Counted from the first letter of the whole stretch, positions 1 through 13,427 are shown. The stretch: 63,599 nt of DNA, filler included, from Reticulomyxa filosa (GCA_000512085.1; 28 parts of 28 records of this genome joined end to end with filler, not necessarily neighbours in it), one strand, 5' to 3'. Notes: generated from the letters alone by a model not told the origin. Numbers and translations: made by a program.

Positions 1-1240
1 CTATACTTGGCCCCGATAAATCGCAACTCCGCTCCCTCTTTGATGCTGTGCCATCCCATGTAGAGTTGCATTGACAGACTTAATTCCATTTGAACTACCC
101 CTTTGCTTTTGTCGGAGGATAATCATTCGCGGAGACTCGTCTACGTATAATTGATGGCGAACAAATCTTTCCAATGATTTAGGTTGCCACTACCTTGATA
201 TTGCCACACTCGTCCAGCAGTTCCATGGGGGGGGGGGGCGCTATGTGAAGTTTGTCCATATCTGACGGCTCGCAAAATCGCAACTCGTGTTTATAAAGAG
301 CCATTCCATAATTAAACGCAGCAAGCCTACAAACTTTTTTAAAAAAAAACAAAACAAATCCAACGCTATATAGCCTCCTGGACTATTGGGATCCCCTTTC
401 TTTTCTTTGCTTCTTCATATCCTTTTTGCCATGACCTTGGCTTCGTTTCGCATACTTCCTCAACCAAATTAGAACATTCGCAAACCGATTCTTCGAACGT
501 CGTGATTTGCTCGTCATCTTATTCGTTATCATCTACTTCTTCGGCCCATCCAATCGCTGCTGCCGTAATGTTGATATCACTGCCACTTTGCGCAAGATTA
601 TCAAGCATTCGTTTTTTTTTATCTTGGCAATCTTGATTTTGGGTCATGCGGCACCAAGATCCAGTTTGTCCAATTATTCCAGCGCTATCACCGATGCCAT
701 CCGCTCTCGTCACGAGAGCATTTCCAATAACGATTATATCCGATTTTTGAATTGGCGATCCAATGGTGGTACCATTATTAAATAGCTCACAAAATTCGAT
801 TACCGCTACCAACCAGTTTTCGCTTTATTGCCCGCATCTGTTATGCGTACACATATACATTGTTTTTTTTTTTTTAATGAAAAAAGATCATGCGTTATAA
901 ACACACTTGTAACTTGTCAGTTTGTGTAATGCTAAACTTTCATCCTACTTTTTTTTTTGCTATTCCACAAGACTTGATTTACTTGGCGCCGGTAAATCGC
1001 AATTTCTCTTTCTTTGATTCTGTAACATCCAATGTAGATTTGCAGTGAAGACTGAATTCCATTCGAACTGCTCCTACTGTCGCTGAAGAACCGTCCGCAT
1101 AGACTTATATATTCATACGTTGATTGCGAACAAGTTCTTCCAATGATTCAGGTATGTTGGTATTGTCACACTCGTCCAGCAGTTCCATTGATGCGTTCTA
1201 TGATAAGTAATTCCAACAAGTCGTCCGTCTGTCCATAGTC
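1..1240 (-). pseudogene. Degenerate coding region with an internal duplicated segment (about 1-260 and 980-1240), family unknown
   Basis: Both copies encode MELLDEC...ME(L/F)SL...LRF(I/T)GAK on the minus strand, with in-frame stops and frameshifts. Confidence 0.4.
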
Positions 1241-1910
1241 GATCATTGAGACATCACACAATTCTTAACGACTTCTTCCTTGCCACGTTCGCCATTTCAA
1301 TAAGATCTTCTTGGTCGTGGCGACAATAAGATTGCGCTTGTTCTAGCGCTTTTGCGGGATATTTTCCCGTCTTTTTTCCCCATTTTCACCCCCTTTTTTC
1401 TATTTTTTCCAATGGTTTTCTTTTTTTTTTTCTTTTTTTTCCAATTGTTATCATTTTTTTTTTCCTTTTTCATTTTTTTCATTTTCTAAAATATTTTTTT
1501 TCACATTTTTCTTAAATAAAATTTTCACAATCTTTTAATTGAAATTTTCCCCATTTTTTCTTTATTTTTTTCCCTTTTCCATAAATTTTCCCTTTCTTTT
1601 CCCCCAATTTCCATTTCATTTCCCCACCAATTTTCCCTATCTCCCAATACAATAAAAAATAAAAATAAAAAACAAAAAATTCCAATCTTTCGTCGACGAC
1701 TTGCAACCTATGAACATAACAAAATCAACAATTTTTCATTTTTTTGAAGAAAAAAATAAATAAATAAAACTTTGACTATCGGAGCTTAGCTCCAATTCCA
1801 ATATCTATTTTTTTTTCTTTTAGCAATTTGAAGGGGGGGGTAGTCAAAAAATTTTTTTTTGATGGAGGCATGCCTATAACAAAACAAACAATTATTTTAT
1901 AATAAAATAT

Positions 1911-2010
1911 NNNNNNNNNNNNNNNNNNNNNNNNNNNNNNNNNNNNNNNNNNNNTTAATTAATTAANNNNNNNNNNNNNNNNNNNNNNNNNNNNNNNNNN
2001 NNNNNNNNNN
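1911..2010. other. Artificial contig linker N44-TTAATTAATTAA-N44 (first of 27; last at 62214-62313)
   Basis: Identical 100-bp spacer with stops in all six frames recurs throughout; flanking sequences are unrelated and often end in homopolymers or microsatellites. Confidence 0.98.
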
Positions 2011-2051
<41 letters not shown>

Positions 2052-3038
2052 ATCCTCCGCGATAGAACTAGTGAACACAAAAACAAACAATTGTCGAATC
2101 TTCAAAATCTTGATATCCGCGTCGATTTGTTTCGCCATTAAGAAAATGGTTTCCAATGTTTCTATCAGCTCTTTTTCACAAAGCCTTTGAACAATACACC
2201 ATCAAACATGCCAACTTCAAACTAGCACCCAAAAAAAAAAAAAAAAAAAAGTCCAAATAAAACCCCTTTTACCCGTTCATTGCGCCATCATCTTCAACAC
2301 CGACTTCGTAATAACACTTTCCATTTCCAGAAAGTAGTCGGTAATTCATTTGCGTAATCTTTTATTCACATTATATATGTACATATACGTATATACACGT
2401 ATGTATGTATATGTGTATACAAAACAAACATAAAGGGAAATACCAAATGTTGCAATCTTTCTTTGGGAGGATTGATCAGCTTCCATTTGTATTCGACTTG
2501 TCCTTCGTCATTTTCTGGGTCCAATCCTTTCTTTTGAATCGTAGGCTCAGTGTTTTCTTTTTATCATTTTATTTTATTTTGTCTTGTTTTGTTGAAAATT
2601 TGTGAAGACGTTCACCGGTCATTTTTTTTTTTTGTAGTAACATTATTTTTTTTTTCCTACCCCCTTTGGAGAAGGGAAAAAAAAAAAGAAGAAAGAAATT
2701 TCTTCCGAAAATTCCCAATCTTTTTCTTCTCCTTTTTTTCCCCCCCCTCCAATCTTTTCCTCCCTTTTCCCGCATATCTCATTTCTCTACAAAGCAAAAC
2801 TTATGATATTGGCAATGGCTTCCTTTTCTTCCAAGGTTAAAGGGGTGAAATCACACATATCAAGCTCCTCCGTTTTCTCATCGTTGTCGGACAAGTTTGC
2901 GCACTGTTGCGCTTTTTTACGCTGCTTTTGCCTTGCTTTTCGCAGCGTTTTTCGATGATAAATTGATGCATTTCGAGGAGTTTTTACGTTTTTTTTACGT
3001 CCTCTTGTCAAGCTGATACGCTCAATATCTTGTGACAT
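2011..3038 (-). CDS. Hypothetical multi-exon protein (partial), basic N-terminus
   Basis: ORF 2787-3038 starts at an ATG after an A-run; further exon-like blocks near 2050-2530 are separated by A/T- and TA-rich introns. Confidence 0.4.
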
Positions 3039-3526
3039 TTTTTTTTTTTAAAACGATTATCGATGTAGTTTGTTTGTTACTTGCTTTCTCTCTTTTTGAA
3101 AAATTTCTTTGGAATGATTCAACGTCTTGATGTGAACATTTCACACGAACAAAACAAAAATCAAAAATTCACTGCTGAAAATTTATTTATTGTTGGTTAC
3201 TCATTTCGTTTGAACATTTGCAGTACCCCTTTTGTCCACCCTTTTTTTTTTTTTGAAAACTACTTCACATCACTTGTTCAACTTGATCTTGGCTTATTTT
3301 CTAAAAAAAATATATGTATGGTCTTGTTTCACGAGAAAGTATACTTCCCCTTTTCTTTTGTTGGTCGACTTAAGCACAAAAACGAGAGTTTGCAAAAGAC
3401 TGACCACAAAAAAATAAAAAAGTGAGAATATCTTAAAAAGAAAAGACAAAGTTAACACTACTTAAAAAAAAAGGAGGGTTGAACTAAAGGCGAAGTAATT
3501 TGCAGCGACGCACTCTTTGGTGAATC

Positions 3527-4488
3527 ATGCTTCAGATTCTTGTCTTCGTATCTCTGGTTGTTGGCATTTTGTCCGACAAGACCTCGTTGACTTTTAAGGA
3601 GTATGAGGGTCTCAAGGAAGAGTTGGAACAACTAATCCGTGAGAAGAGATGTGCTCCAATTATTATCCGTCTCGCATGGCACGACGCAGGTATACCAAAA
3701 ATTAAGAGCAAAGAAAGACCTTTTCCATAGGAAGAGGAGAGGTCTATACAAAAAAAATTTGCGCAACTCTTCTCTATAAACATATGTAACAAAAAAAAAA
3801 AAAAAGGAACGTTTGATAAGTGGAGTCAAACCGGAGGTCCTCATGCAGCAATGCGATTTGAAAACGAAGGAGAAAGTATCCACGGAGCGAACCGAGGGTT
3901 GGAAATTGCCCGAAATTTATTGAAAGATATTCAAAAGAAATATGAAGGGAAAGTCACAGCGGCAGACTTATGGGCATTGGCTGGCGTCACCGCAGTCGAA
4001 GTCAGTGGTGGTCCTCACGTACCATTCCGCTTTGGACGAAATGACGCTGCGTCTGCAAAAGAAGCTGCTCCAGAAGGTCGATTGCCCGATGGCAGCAAAG
4101 TTTTGAATTTTTTTTTTTTTTTTTTTAGGAGATGCCATACAAATATACAAAAATGTATACATGTACGTATACATATTTTTTTTTTTTTTTGGTATAAAAA
4201 AAAAAAGGGGGGGTCTCTAAAAAAAAAAAAAAAAAAAAATTTTTTTTTTTGTATGCTTTTATTCCAAATGTTGTAAAAAGAAATTGGATCATTTGAGAGA
4301 TGTGTTTTATCGAATGGGCTTTTCCGACCGAGAGATAGTGGCCTTGTCTGGTGCCCACACAATGGGAAGATGCCACGCAGATCGCTCTGGCTTTGAAGGC
4401 CCTTGGACTGCCGATCCTTTGAAATTCGACAACACATACTTTCAAGATTTGGTCTCCAAGAAATGGGTTGCCAGCAAATCTTCCAAAA
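3527..4488 (+). CDS. APX: Class I heme peroxidase, ascorbate peroxidase type, 3' truncated; exons 3527-3689, 3807-4099, 4281-4488
   Basis: Splicing at GT-AG joins gives [19 protein letters not shown]...[83 protein letters not shown]: distal Arg/Trp/His and proximal His/Trp/Asp present. Confidence 0.93.
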
Positions 4489-5400
4489 GTTGTGTTTTTG
4501 TTTTGTTTTAGGAATAATGGGACGTCAATTCGAATAAATAATAATAATAACAATAATAACAATAATAACAATAATAANNNNNNNNNNNNNNNNNNNNNNN
4601 NNNNNNNNNNNNNNNNNNNNNTTAATTAATTAANNNNNNNNNNNNNNNNNNNNNNNNNNNNNNNNNNNNNNNNNNNNAAAAAAATTTAATATTTAAAAAC
4701 TACAAGATTAGTATATATATTGCAGTTTTTTTGCAATACTGTATGTGTGATATTGGAAAAAATATGACTGTGTGGCAATCTTATTCTTTCAAATCTTTGT
4801 GCTCACATGCAAATGCCGCATAAAGCCGGAGAATGAAAGGAAGCTAAAAGACAAACAACAATATTTTTTTAGAAAGTCCCAACTTTTTTAACAAATTCAA
4901 ATTTTTTTTTAATTACATATTGAACTAAATTCAAAATTAAAGATTGAAATGTTTTAGTGTAAAATCTCAACTTTTTGTTTGCGAGACATTGAATTGAGAA
5001 AAGAGGTAACTCGCCAAAGGAGCACATCAGTTATCTTCACAATGTTTTGTTTTGTTTTTAACCAATAGTTGAATTTTGCTGATATGAAAAAAGATGTATG
5101 ATATTTGACTTTTGTTTTTAATTTAAAAGATAAAATTCACAACCGTCAAAAAACAAAAAGAAAAAGAATTCAAGATATCAACAGCAATGCAAAACAAAAA
5201 AATGTGTTGCAACTGCTGCAGACCTGCAATTCCTCCTCCCCACATTTGAATGAATTTGACCAATGGTTGATAGATATTGATGTATGAAATATATTGATAC
5301 GAGAATGGAAATTAGCATGTGTGGTTGGTGGTTACACCGTTTTTGTTTGTTTGTCAATAACAATCAAACACACAAAAAAAAAAAAAAAATGAATAGCGTG

Positions 5401-6042
5401 TTATTGATGGGAGTTTCCAAAGACTCGACTTCTTTTATTTGCCGGCTGTTCCTGTTCGGTGGTGACATCACGATCAATCTGAGAAAGACAGCGTTTTTTG
5501 CCAATGAGACAATTCTCCTCATTGTCATCTCCAAAGTTGACAGTATTACATTTCGTGTTGGATGTGGTTTGTTGATGTCGAGGTTGATCAATGTCCATGT
5601 TATTGTTTGGATTATGTTGATGGTCAGTCTTAGTTTGAGACTTGTCCATTTTCTCGTCCGTGTCATTGTCCTGTCCCTCCTGTGTCTTTACATATTCCAA
5701 AGGGTCATAAGTCGGCGAAACCACAAACAAGTTTGGAAACTTGTCTTCGTCCAATTCACTTGTATTTTTTTTTTTTTTTGCAACAAAGGGAAAAAAGTGT
5801 GCACTTGTCTTATTTCCAACGAACAAATGACAAAAACATAGAGAGATAAAGAAGAGCCATGGGCTTACCAGTCATGGACGATCATAAGACAGCAAAGGTC
5901 TTGTTTCATATCTTCGATTGTCAATTGAGAATTATTAACAATTTTAATGCTCGGATGATGCAAAGGATGGCTTAATTGTTGTTTTTTAAATTGGACAGTG
6001 TCTTCATCGTCATCAGGATCGATACTTTCAATGAGGTTTTCA
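5401..6042 (-). CDS. Hypothetical protein, 3' exons
   Basis: Open exon-like blocks (about 5869-6042 and 5401-5770) separated by a GT...A-rich AG intron; no family recognised. Confidence 0.35.
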
Positions 6043-7489
6043 CTGTGTGTTATTCATTTCCATTTTTTTTTTTATTTTTTATTTTTTAAAAAAAACTAAA
6101 CATATTGTTATTATTCAATTACTAATTNNNNNNNNNNNNNNNNNNNNNNNNNNNNNNNNNNNNNNNNNNNNTTAATTAATTAANNNNNNNNNNNNNNNNN
6201 NNNNNNNNNNNNNNNNNNNNNNNNNNNTTTTTCAAGTTTCGTGCCAAAAGATTCAAATAAATTAATTAAATATTGTTGTTGTTGTAAAGTTGTGCTGTAT
6301 TAAAATATATAATGCAATAATTGTCGAAAAAACATAATGATTATCTATGAAAAGAAAATGTGTATAAATGTATTATTACGTGTTCTCTGTCAGCCAAGTT
6401 AAGACATCCTTTGTCTTGTCAACATTTTTATAACATAGCTTCCATGCCTTTAAGGCAACCTCTTCATCTATGTTGAGGAACGTTTGTTGAAGTTGTGCAA
6501 GCATGATAATAATGATGTAAACTTCAAAGCAAACCCTTTTTTTTTTTTTTAAGGCTCAGAAACTTGCTTTAGAAGTTTAATCAACTGAAATTTTAGATTT
6601 ATCGGGCTCGACAACGAATACATTAAATTGATCGTTGCATTCTTTTAATCCCCTCTTATAACGCTTAAAAAATTTGGAAAAAAAACATCAAAATAAAACA
6701 ACAACGAATTTTTATCCACTGGAAAGTCTTTAAAGACTTAAATGTTCAACATCATTCCAACCCATTGATGGATAAAAAACATGAATGAATCAACTTTGCA
6801 ACTCATTACCTCTTTCATCACAATTACATAGTAGTAATTGAAAAAGACTCAACTAAATCAATTAATGAAGAAATTTTACGCCAGCGTCAAATTGGATATG
6901 ATCAAAGTCAGAAAGCTATTAATTGTGAAGATGATAATGTGGAGCAACGGATACAAATAATAATGTATCAAATCGAATAAACAGTATGATTATTATAAAA
7001 ACAAAGGAAAAAAAAGAACAAGCTTTGTCTTTAGAATTTGTAGAGTTTGCTGTAATATTACCGAAAGAAGAATTGTTGTTCGATGTAATCGAACAAATAA
7101 ATAGGTAATTTTAGAAAAAATAGCAAAGAAAAAAATGTTGTTGCAACGCAAAGTTGATGTGATAATTATTTTGCATGTATTTCAACGTTATCTTCTTTAG
7201 AAAATTTTTTTTTAGATATTTGAGAAAAGCATATTGTTCAAAAAGAATTTACATTAGATTTAGAACGGTGTTTTATTTGTATTACAAATATGAAAATATA
7301 TGGATTCTGCATTGTAAACATTATATTTGCAAAAATTTTTGTCATACATATGTGTAAAATTCAAAAAAATTAGGCAGAACAAATTAATANNNNNNNNNNN
7401 NNNNNNNNNNNNNNNNNNNNNNNNNNNNNNNNNTTAATTAATTAANNNNNNNNNNNNNNNNNNNNNNNNNNNNNNNNNNNNNNNNNNNN

Positions 7490-8789
7490 AAAAAAAAAAA
7501 AGAAGGAATTAAAGGAATTCAGAACTTTGAGTTGGATATATTCCGAACATTTTTCATCCAATAAGGAATTGTATTGTGTTTCTCTTTTTACTAGCTCCAT
7601 TTCTTTGGCAATTTTGCGACGCATTGTATTCTATATATTGCATAGTTACTTTTTATGTCTTCTTTAGAATAAAGAAAAACAAATACTCACTCTTTCTTGT
7701 GATCTGGAGTTTTCAATCAATTGTATTAATTCTTTTGATTTTGATTGTATATTCTTTTGTGTTTTTTCTTTATCTTCGTTATAATGTTTAGTCCAGTTGG
7801 ACATCCATTTGTCAAATCCTGTTTTTATATCAGTTCGCTTCATTTCATTTTGTTGTTCACATTGTCTGATCTTGTCTTTCAAAGAAGTTAGTCTGTCACG
7901 CAATGTTTCTAATTTGCTATCGTTTAATTCTTTTTCTTCTTTATATCGTTGCTGAGTATTTTTTTTAATCAATCATATATTGGAATTAACAGACGTTAAA
8001 ATAATGAAACATATAAAATATACAAATATTTTTTGCAATTTTGCATCTTCCAAAATGTTGCTTTTTAAAAAGCAAAACAAATCATCATCTTAGAGAAAAA
8101 TTTTTAAAAAAATAGTATTTTATCTTTAACCTCTAATTTTGCGAGTTCCACAAGTTTGACGTTCATTATTTTTTCAATTAGCGGTTTTTGTTTATGATTT
8201 TTCATTTTATGACTCCAATTGATCCGCATTTTGACTTCCGCTACTTCACAAAAAGCTTCAAAACAGTGCAATACTTTTTGCCACTTTTCGTTTTCCCATG
8301 TTACGTGGGGACGTATATTTTGACGCTGTGCTAGATAATGCAAAATTGTCTGACAGCAGTGTTTAACGTTCTTACAGCTTTGTTCAACGCTCGTTTCCAA
8401 CTGTGTAAGGTCTTGTGTTTCTGCTGCCTCCAGTTCGGATGAGTCGGTGGTGTTGGCAACTAATAAAATATCTGTTAGCTTTTTACGAGCGACATATGCG
8501 TTCAAGTGATTTTCATAAATGTTTTCCAGTTCTTTTTGCTTGTTAAACATCTCGATCAATGTCTTATCAAAAACATGGGAACTGTAGGAAAAAAATGCGT
8601 ATATTGTTTGACAAAAACATTGACACTTACCGCGTCGTAAGACTTCCAATCCTCATATTGTGTTGAACAAGAAATTGATGCCAGAATCTGGCATCGCCAA
8701 TGTAAAACCTTTAGGACGTCGGTTACTTGAGACAAAGTTTCAACACTCAACGAGTCTCGCACGTTGCTTTCTTCTAAAATCTCTGTCAT
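7490..8789 (-). CDS. Coiled-coil hypothetical protein (multi-exon, partial)
   Basis: Consecutive minus-strand ORFs 8556-8789, 8104-8649, 7664-7972 and 7490-7624, rich in E/K/Q/L. Confidence 0.5.
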
Positions 8790-9137
8790 ATTTTTGCTAT
8801 CCCATTGACAAAGTTTACTTTTGGCGGAAAAGTACGGGTGAGTAGTGAAACCAATGGTAATTGCTCATGATGTGTAAAACTGCAATTTCAATTTAAATGC
8901 ATAAGTAAATGTAAGCCATGTTTATTTATGTTTCTAAGTGAGTGTGTGCTCAGCAAATGAAATGTAAAGCAATGTACTAATTTTCCTCACACGTTTGTTA
9001 AAACTTGTTTTGCAACAAAGGTGCCCAAAAAGTAAGANNNNNNNNNNNNNNNNNNNNNNNNNNNNNNNNNNNNNNNNNNNNTTAATTAATTAANNNNNNN
9101 NNNNNNNNNNNNNNNNNNNNNNNNNNNNNNNNNNNNN

Positions 9138-12050
9138 ATTATTATTATTATTATTGTTATTATTATTATTTTCTCCTCCTTTTTCAATGATCACTTGTGC
9201 ACTGGATTTGGCCAAAAGTCGGACTACATTGGGGTCATTGTCTTGCTTGTTACGTTTCATAAGGTTTCTATTTATCATGTATTGATCCAACGTACTGTTG
9301 CAGTTTGCCTTTGGCCTTTTTCGACCTGTGTTGGAGTTGTCGGGAGTTGTGGATCCGGTGGAGAGTATCTCCACATCAAACGCTTCATTGAACGTCCTTT
9401 TTTTCTTGTTCGCCTGCTGTCCATTGTCCGCAGAAAAGTGGCCCCATTGTTCGTGTTCAATGCTGTTCTGACCATTGCCGACAATGGCCTTGGCATTGGA
9501 CTGGTGTTGAATACCCTGCGAGTCCAGCATTTGTTTGAGCTCGCAATTGGAGTTGGAATTGGTCAATGCCCCCATCAAAGACAAGACTTGTCGGACCGTC
9601 TCTCGCTTTTTCGCCAGTAGCCTGCTTTTCTGGTCGTTTCCAAATGCAATATCGCCATTGTTGTCCCAGAGTTTCGTGGCGGTTTTGAAGAACAGTTGCA
9701 ACTTGGCAATCATTTGTCCAAATGTGTCCATTTTCACAAAGGGTCGAATCCATTTGGAAATCTGAGACAAGTTTTCTTTGAAGCGGTGATCCAACAGGAT
9801 CACCGCGCCAAAGTCTCTTTTGTGACGAATGACTCGTCCAATGGCCTGATTCACTGCTCGCAGGGCCTGTTGTTGATACCATTCCTTGCCATTCAAAGGC
9901 TTTGGACGATCATTGGTGCCATTTGCCGCCAACGATTGAAAGTACTGCGCGTGCATTTGATCCATGAACGTTATTTTTTGTTGCACTTTCGAGTCCATGT
10001 GATTGGAAAATGGGATGCCTGTAATCACCACTGCTCGACACGAATTGTCACTAAAGTCCATTCCTTCACTGATCTTTCCACGCATCACCGCAAACAAAAT
10101 GCTTCCCGTGATCTTGCGGCTCTTGTCGGTCAGACCTCTCTTGAAACAGTCCAACATGTCTTGCATTTGCTCCTTGTTGCTGCCTTGTTCTTCTTGTAGC
10201 ACGTGCTTCACACTTTGAATGCGATTCATTATGGTCTCTCCTCCAATCTTTGTGCGTTCCCACCACTCCAGACAGCTCTTCATGTGCACGTAACTGGCAA
10301 AGAAAACCAACACCCCGTCGGGGATTTTGCGACATAAAAACAGTATCGAATTGCCCAACTCGGTTTTGTAGTCATTGTTTTGTCGGTTTTCGTGTTTCGA
10401 ACTCAACAGTACCTTGTGTTCGTTGCTTGGGCCATGTGGTTGAATACTGGCAAATACTTGCGTTTCGTCGACCAAATGGTCATTTTGCAAGACAATTGGA
10501 AAATTTATTTGTAATTCGCTTTGAAATGAGTCCAATGGAGACAATGTGCCACTCGTCAATAGCAAACAATGGCATTTGCTTTTCAGCTCTTTCAACGCAA
10601 AGCCAGCATTCAAACACCATACGCTCACGCATCTTATTTCTTTATCTTGTGCTAGTCTCCTACATACAGTGGAGAAAAAACAAAACATTGCAAACCACCA
10701 ATCAACTAATGTCTCATTCAAAAGACAGTTTCATTTTACACTCTTTTTTTTTTTTTTTTTTTTTTTTTGTGACAAGTCATTACTACACAAACAAATAAAA
10801 AATGTTCAACTTATTGCCATTATTATTTTCGACAGAAATATTTATTTTGTAAAATTGAGGCTGAAATGAGGGGTGAAAAATAACTTCCAATGCACTCGCG
10901 AATGCTTCAATGGCAAATGATTCGCTGCTACCTTTATTCATGAGCAATGTGTTGCTGCTGAATTCAACTTCGGGGGTCGCCAACGTTTTCGAAATCTCTT
11001 GACAAATGTCAATAATTTCTGTCTTATTTTCTTTCTTAATTTCTGCTCTTCCGAGCAACTCAAATATAAAGTCGCCTTTGAATGTAACATCACGCACTTC
11101 ACGTTTCATATTCGGAATGTTGACTTGTGCAATTTCTTTTTCCAATTGCAAGAGCATTGCCTTTACTAATATCAAGTCTTCTTCTTTCACTTCATTCAAC
11201 AAAACATATACATATATATATATATATATATATAATGATATATGTACATTTAAATAAATAACAAAACAAACCATCAGTAAACATCTTCAATTCCAACAGT
11301 TGCTGGATTTCAGCAATGCACTGGGCCAACATCGACGCATGGAATTGGAAGGACATGGCGTCGCAGCACACTTGTTCGATGTTGTGGGCTTCATCGAAGA
11401 TAAGGATGCAGTTGTCCAATACGCGATGCAAGTTGTTTGGACGCACTTTTTTATCCAACAAATAATTGTAAGGCATAAACACAATTTCCGATCGGTCACA
11501 TATATCCAACTCGTAATAATAGGGACAAACCCCAATCTCATGACTTATTTGAGACAGCTCTTCCAAGTCTAACACAAACGACTCCAACACTTGCAGTTGT
11601 TGATTGTGTGCATTGTTCTTGTTCGACTCTTTTGTCAGTTCTTTGTACCCATGAAAATACTGGCATTTGGAATGGCTTTGATGGCTATTGATGGCCCGGC
11701 ACTGACGATTTAATCTTGACCCTTTATAATCCTTTTTGATCTTTTCATTGATGCACATTTGTTCCCGACTTCCGAGCATTGAAATTCGCGGTCTTGTTTT
11801 TGCAGTTTGATATTGTAATTTGTGTTTTTGCCAATTGGTCATTTGATTCAATTAAACGTGTACATATATATATATATATTCTTTTTTTTTTTTTTTTTGT
11901 TAAACTTGTAAGGAGTTCTCTTCAATTCGAAAACAGCTTGTTGTAACTGCGTATGCGTGCGTGATGAGTAAATTACATTTGGGATTGTAATGTTCTTCGA
12001 CAATGAGGTCACATGTTTTTGCCACGATTGCATTTTTTGTGGACTATTGA
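9138..12050 (-). CDS. RTEL1: XPD-family Fe-S DNA helicase, most like RTEL1 (partial, multi-exon)
   Basis: YSSRTHTQLQQ, LGSREQMCIN, four Fe-S Cys ending at CPYY, FMPYNYLLD, IFDEAHN, VWCLNAG, LTSGTLSP, DGVLVFF.SY, RGKISEGMDFSD..CRAVVITGIPF, WYQQQALRAVNQAIGRVIRH..DFGA. FANCJ not fully excluded. Confidence 0.88.
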
Positions 12051-12243
12051 TATTCAGTCAATGAAAGGAAGGAAGAATAAAAAAAAAAAATTGAACAACA
12101 GCATTTTTTTTTTTTTTTTGTTTTTTTTTTTCTTTTTTTTTTTNNNNNNNNNNNNNNNNNNNNNNNNNNNNNNNNNNNNNNNNNNNNTTAATTAATTAAN
12201 NNNNNNNNNNNNNNNNNNNNNNNNNNNNNNNNNNNNNNNNNNN

Positions 12244-13220
12244 GTGAACAAAGGAAAAGTATACACATGTATGTGTCTGCACGAAAATACGTATACACAT
12301 AAATTGATAGGTAACACATGCCGGCAATGGCGGGACGAACGCCAAAGAGGAAGTAGGCGACGCGAAGGCGAATAGCAAACACAATCAGCACGCCCGAATG
12401 CAAACAGACGAAATTGGTGGGTTTATTGGATTTGATGAAAAAGGACAACTACAAGCCACCGGGAAACAGCCGACGTTACAAGACAAGATGGACATTCTGC
12501 AACGTGCAAATCAAGTGTTGAGACAACAGGTTTCCGAATTCACATATAGCATACACATATATATATATATATGTATATTACATAGTATTCGCAACATTTC
12601 AATAAAACGACCCAAACATACTTTCTTTCTCTCTGTTCTTGTTCCGTTTTCCAAAAAATAAAAAGTTCAGTTTTGATTATTGATGACCCCTTTTTTTTTT
12701 TTTTTTGCGAGAAAGGAAAAAGGGGAGAAGAAAAAAAGAAAGATACAACAAAGTAGCGTTCCACATATAGGTTGCAGAGAAAGAAAAAGCAGTTCACCAA
12801 TGGGAAGAGAAATGCGTGCAAAAAGAAAAAACAATCGAACACTTGATTACCAAACTAGCCTTGACAAAAAGAGCGGGTCGCGGTTTTTCAATTCATGTCG
12901 AAACACATGACAAATTTACTGCGAAAGGTGGACACGCAGCCGCAACGAGTACACAGGGAGACGATTCGAGCAACTCGAGCGAAAGCCTTCTCTCTGCACA
13001 AGTGAAAGAGCTGCTCGATAACACAATGAACGAAAACATGCAAATGACCAGTGAAATTGCATCTCTCAAGTCACAGATACAGTTGCTTCGAATGAACTTA
13101 CGAGGGAGCACAAGAAACATCACCAATGCGATTGCTACCAATAACAAGGTCATTACAATCTACAACATACAATTACACAGTCCACACACACTCACACACA
13201 ACAGCAATATATATATATAA
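12244..13220 (+). CDS. Coiled-coil hypothetical protein (partial)
   Basis: Exon-like ORFs 12398-12530 and 12770-13150 with heptad character and a TA-rich intron between them. Confidence 0.45.
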
Positions 13221-13386
13221 TAACGTGTGTATATTTCAATCACAAATATATACAATATATGTATATATATGTATATATATATATATNNNNNNNNNNNNNN
13301 NNNNNNNNNNNNNNNNNNNNNNNNNNNNNNTTAATTAATTAANNNNNNNNNNNNNNNNNNNNNNNNNNNNNNNNNNNNNNNNNNNN

Positions 13387-13427
<41 letters not shown>

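Noticed and set aside
1340-1700. K/F-rich ORFs in T/A-run tracts (also 15660-15900, 42560-42830)
   Set aside because: Low-complexity sequence that looks like degraded read tails; no coding signal.
6228-7389. Possible decayed gene (also 16215-17972, 28130-29384)
   Set aside because: Only short broken frames; no family recognised.
9195-10798. Long antisense ORFs over RTEL1 (likewise over PI3K, 59127-62164)
   Set aside because: Shadow ORFs of GC-richer coding exons with no motifs.
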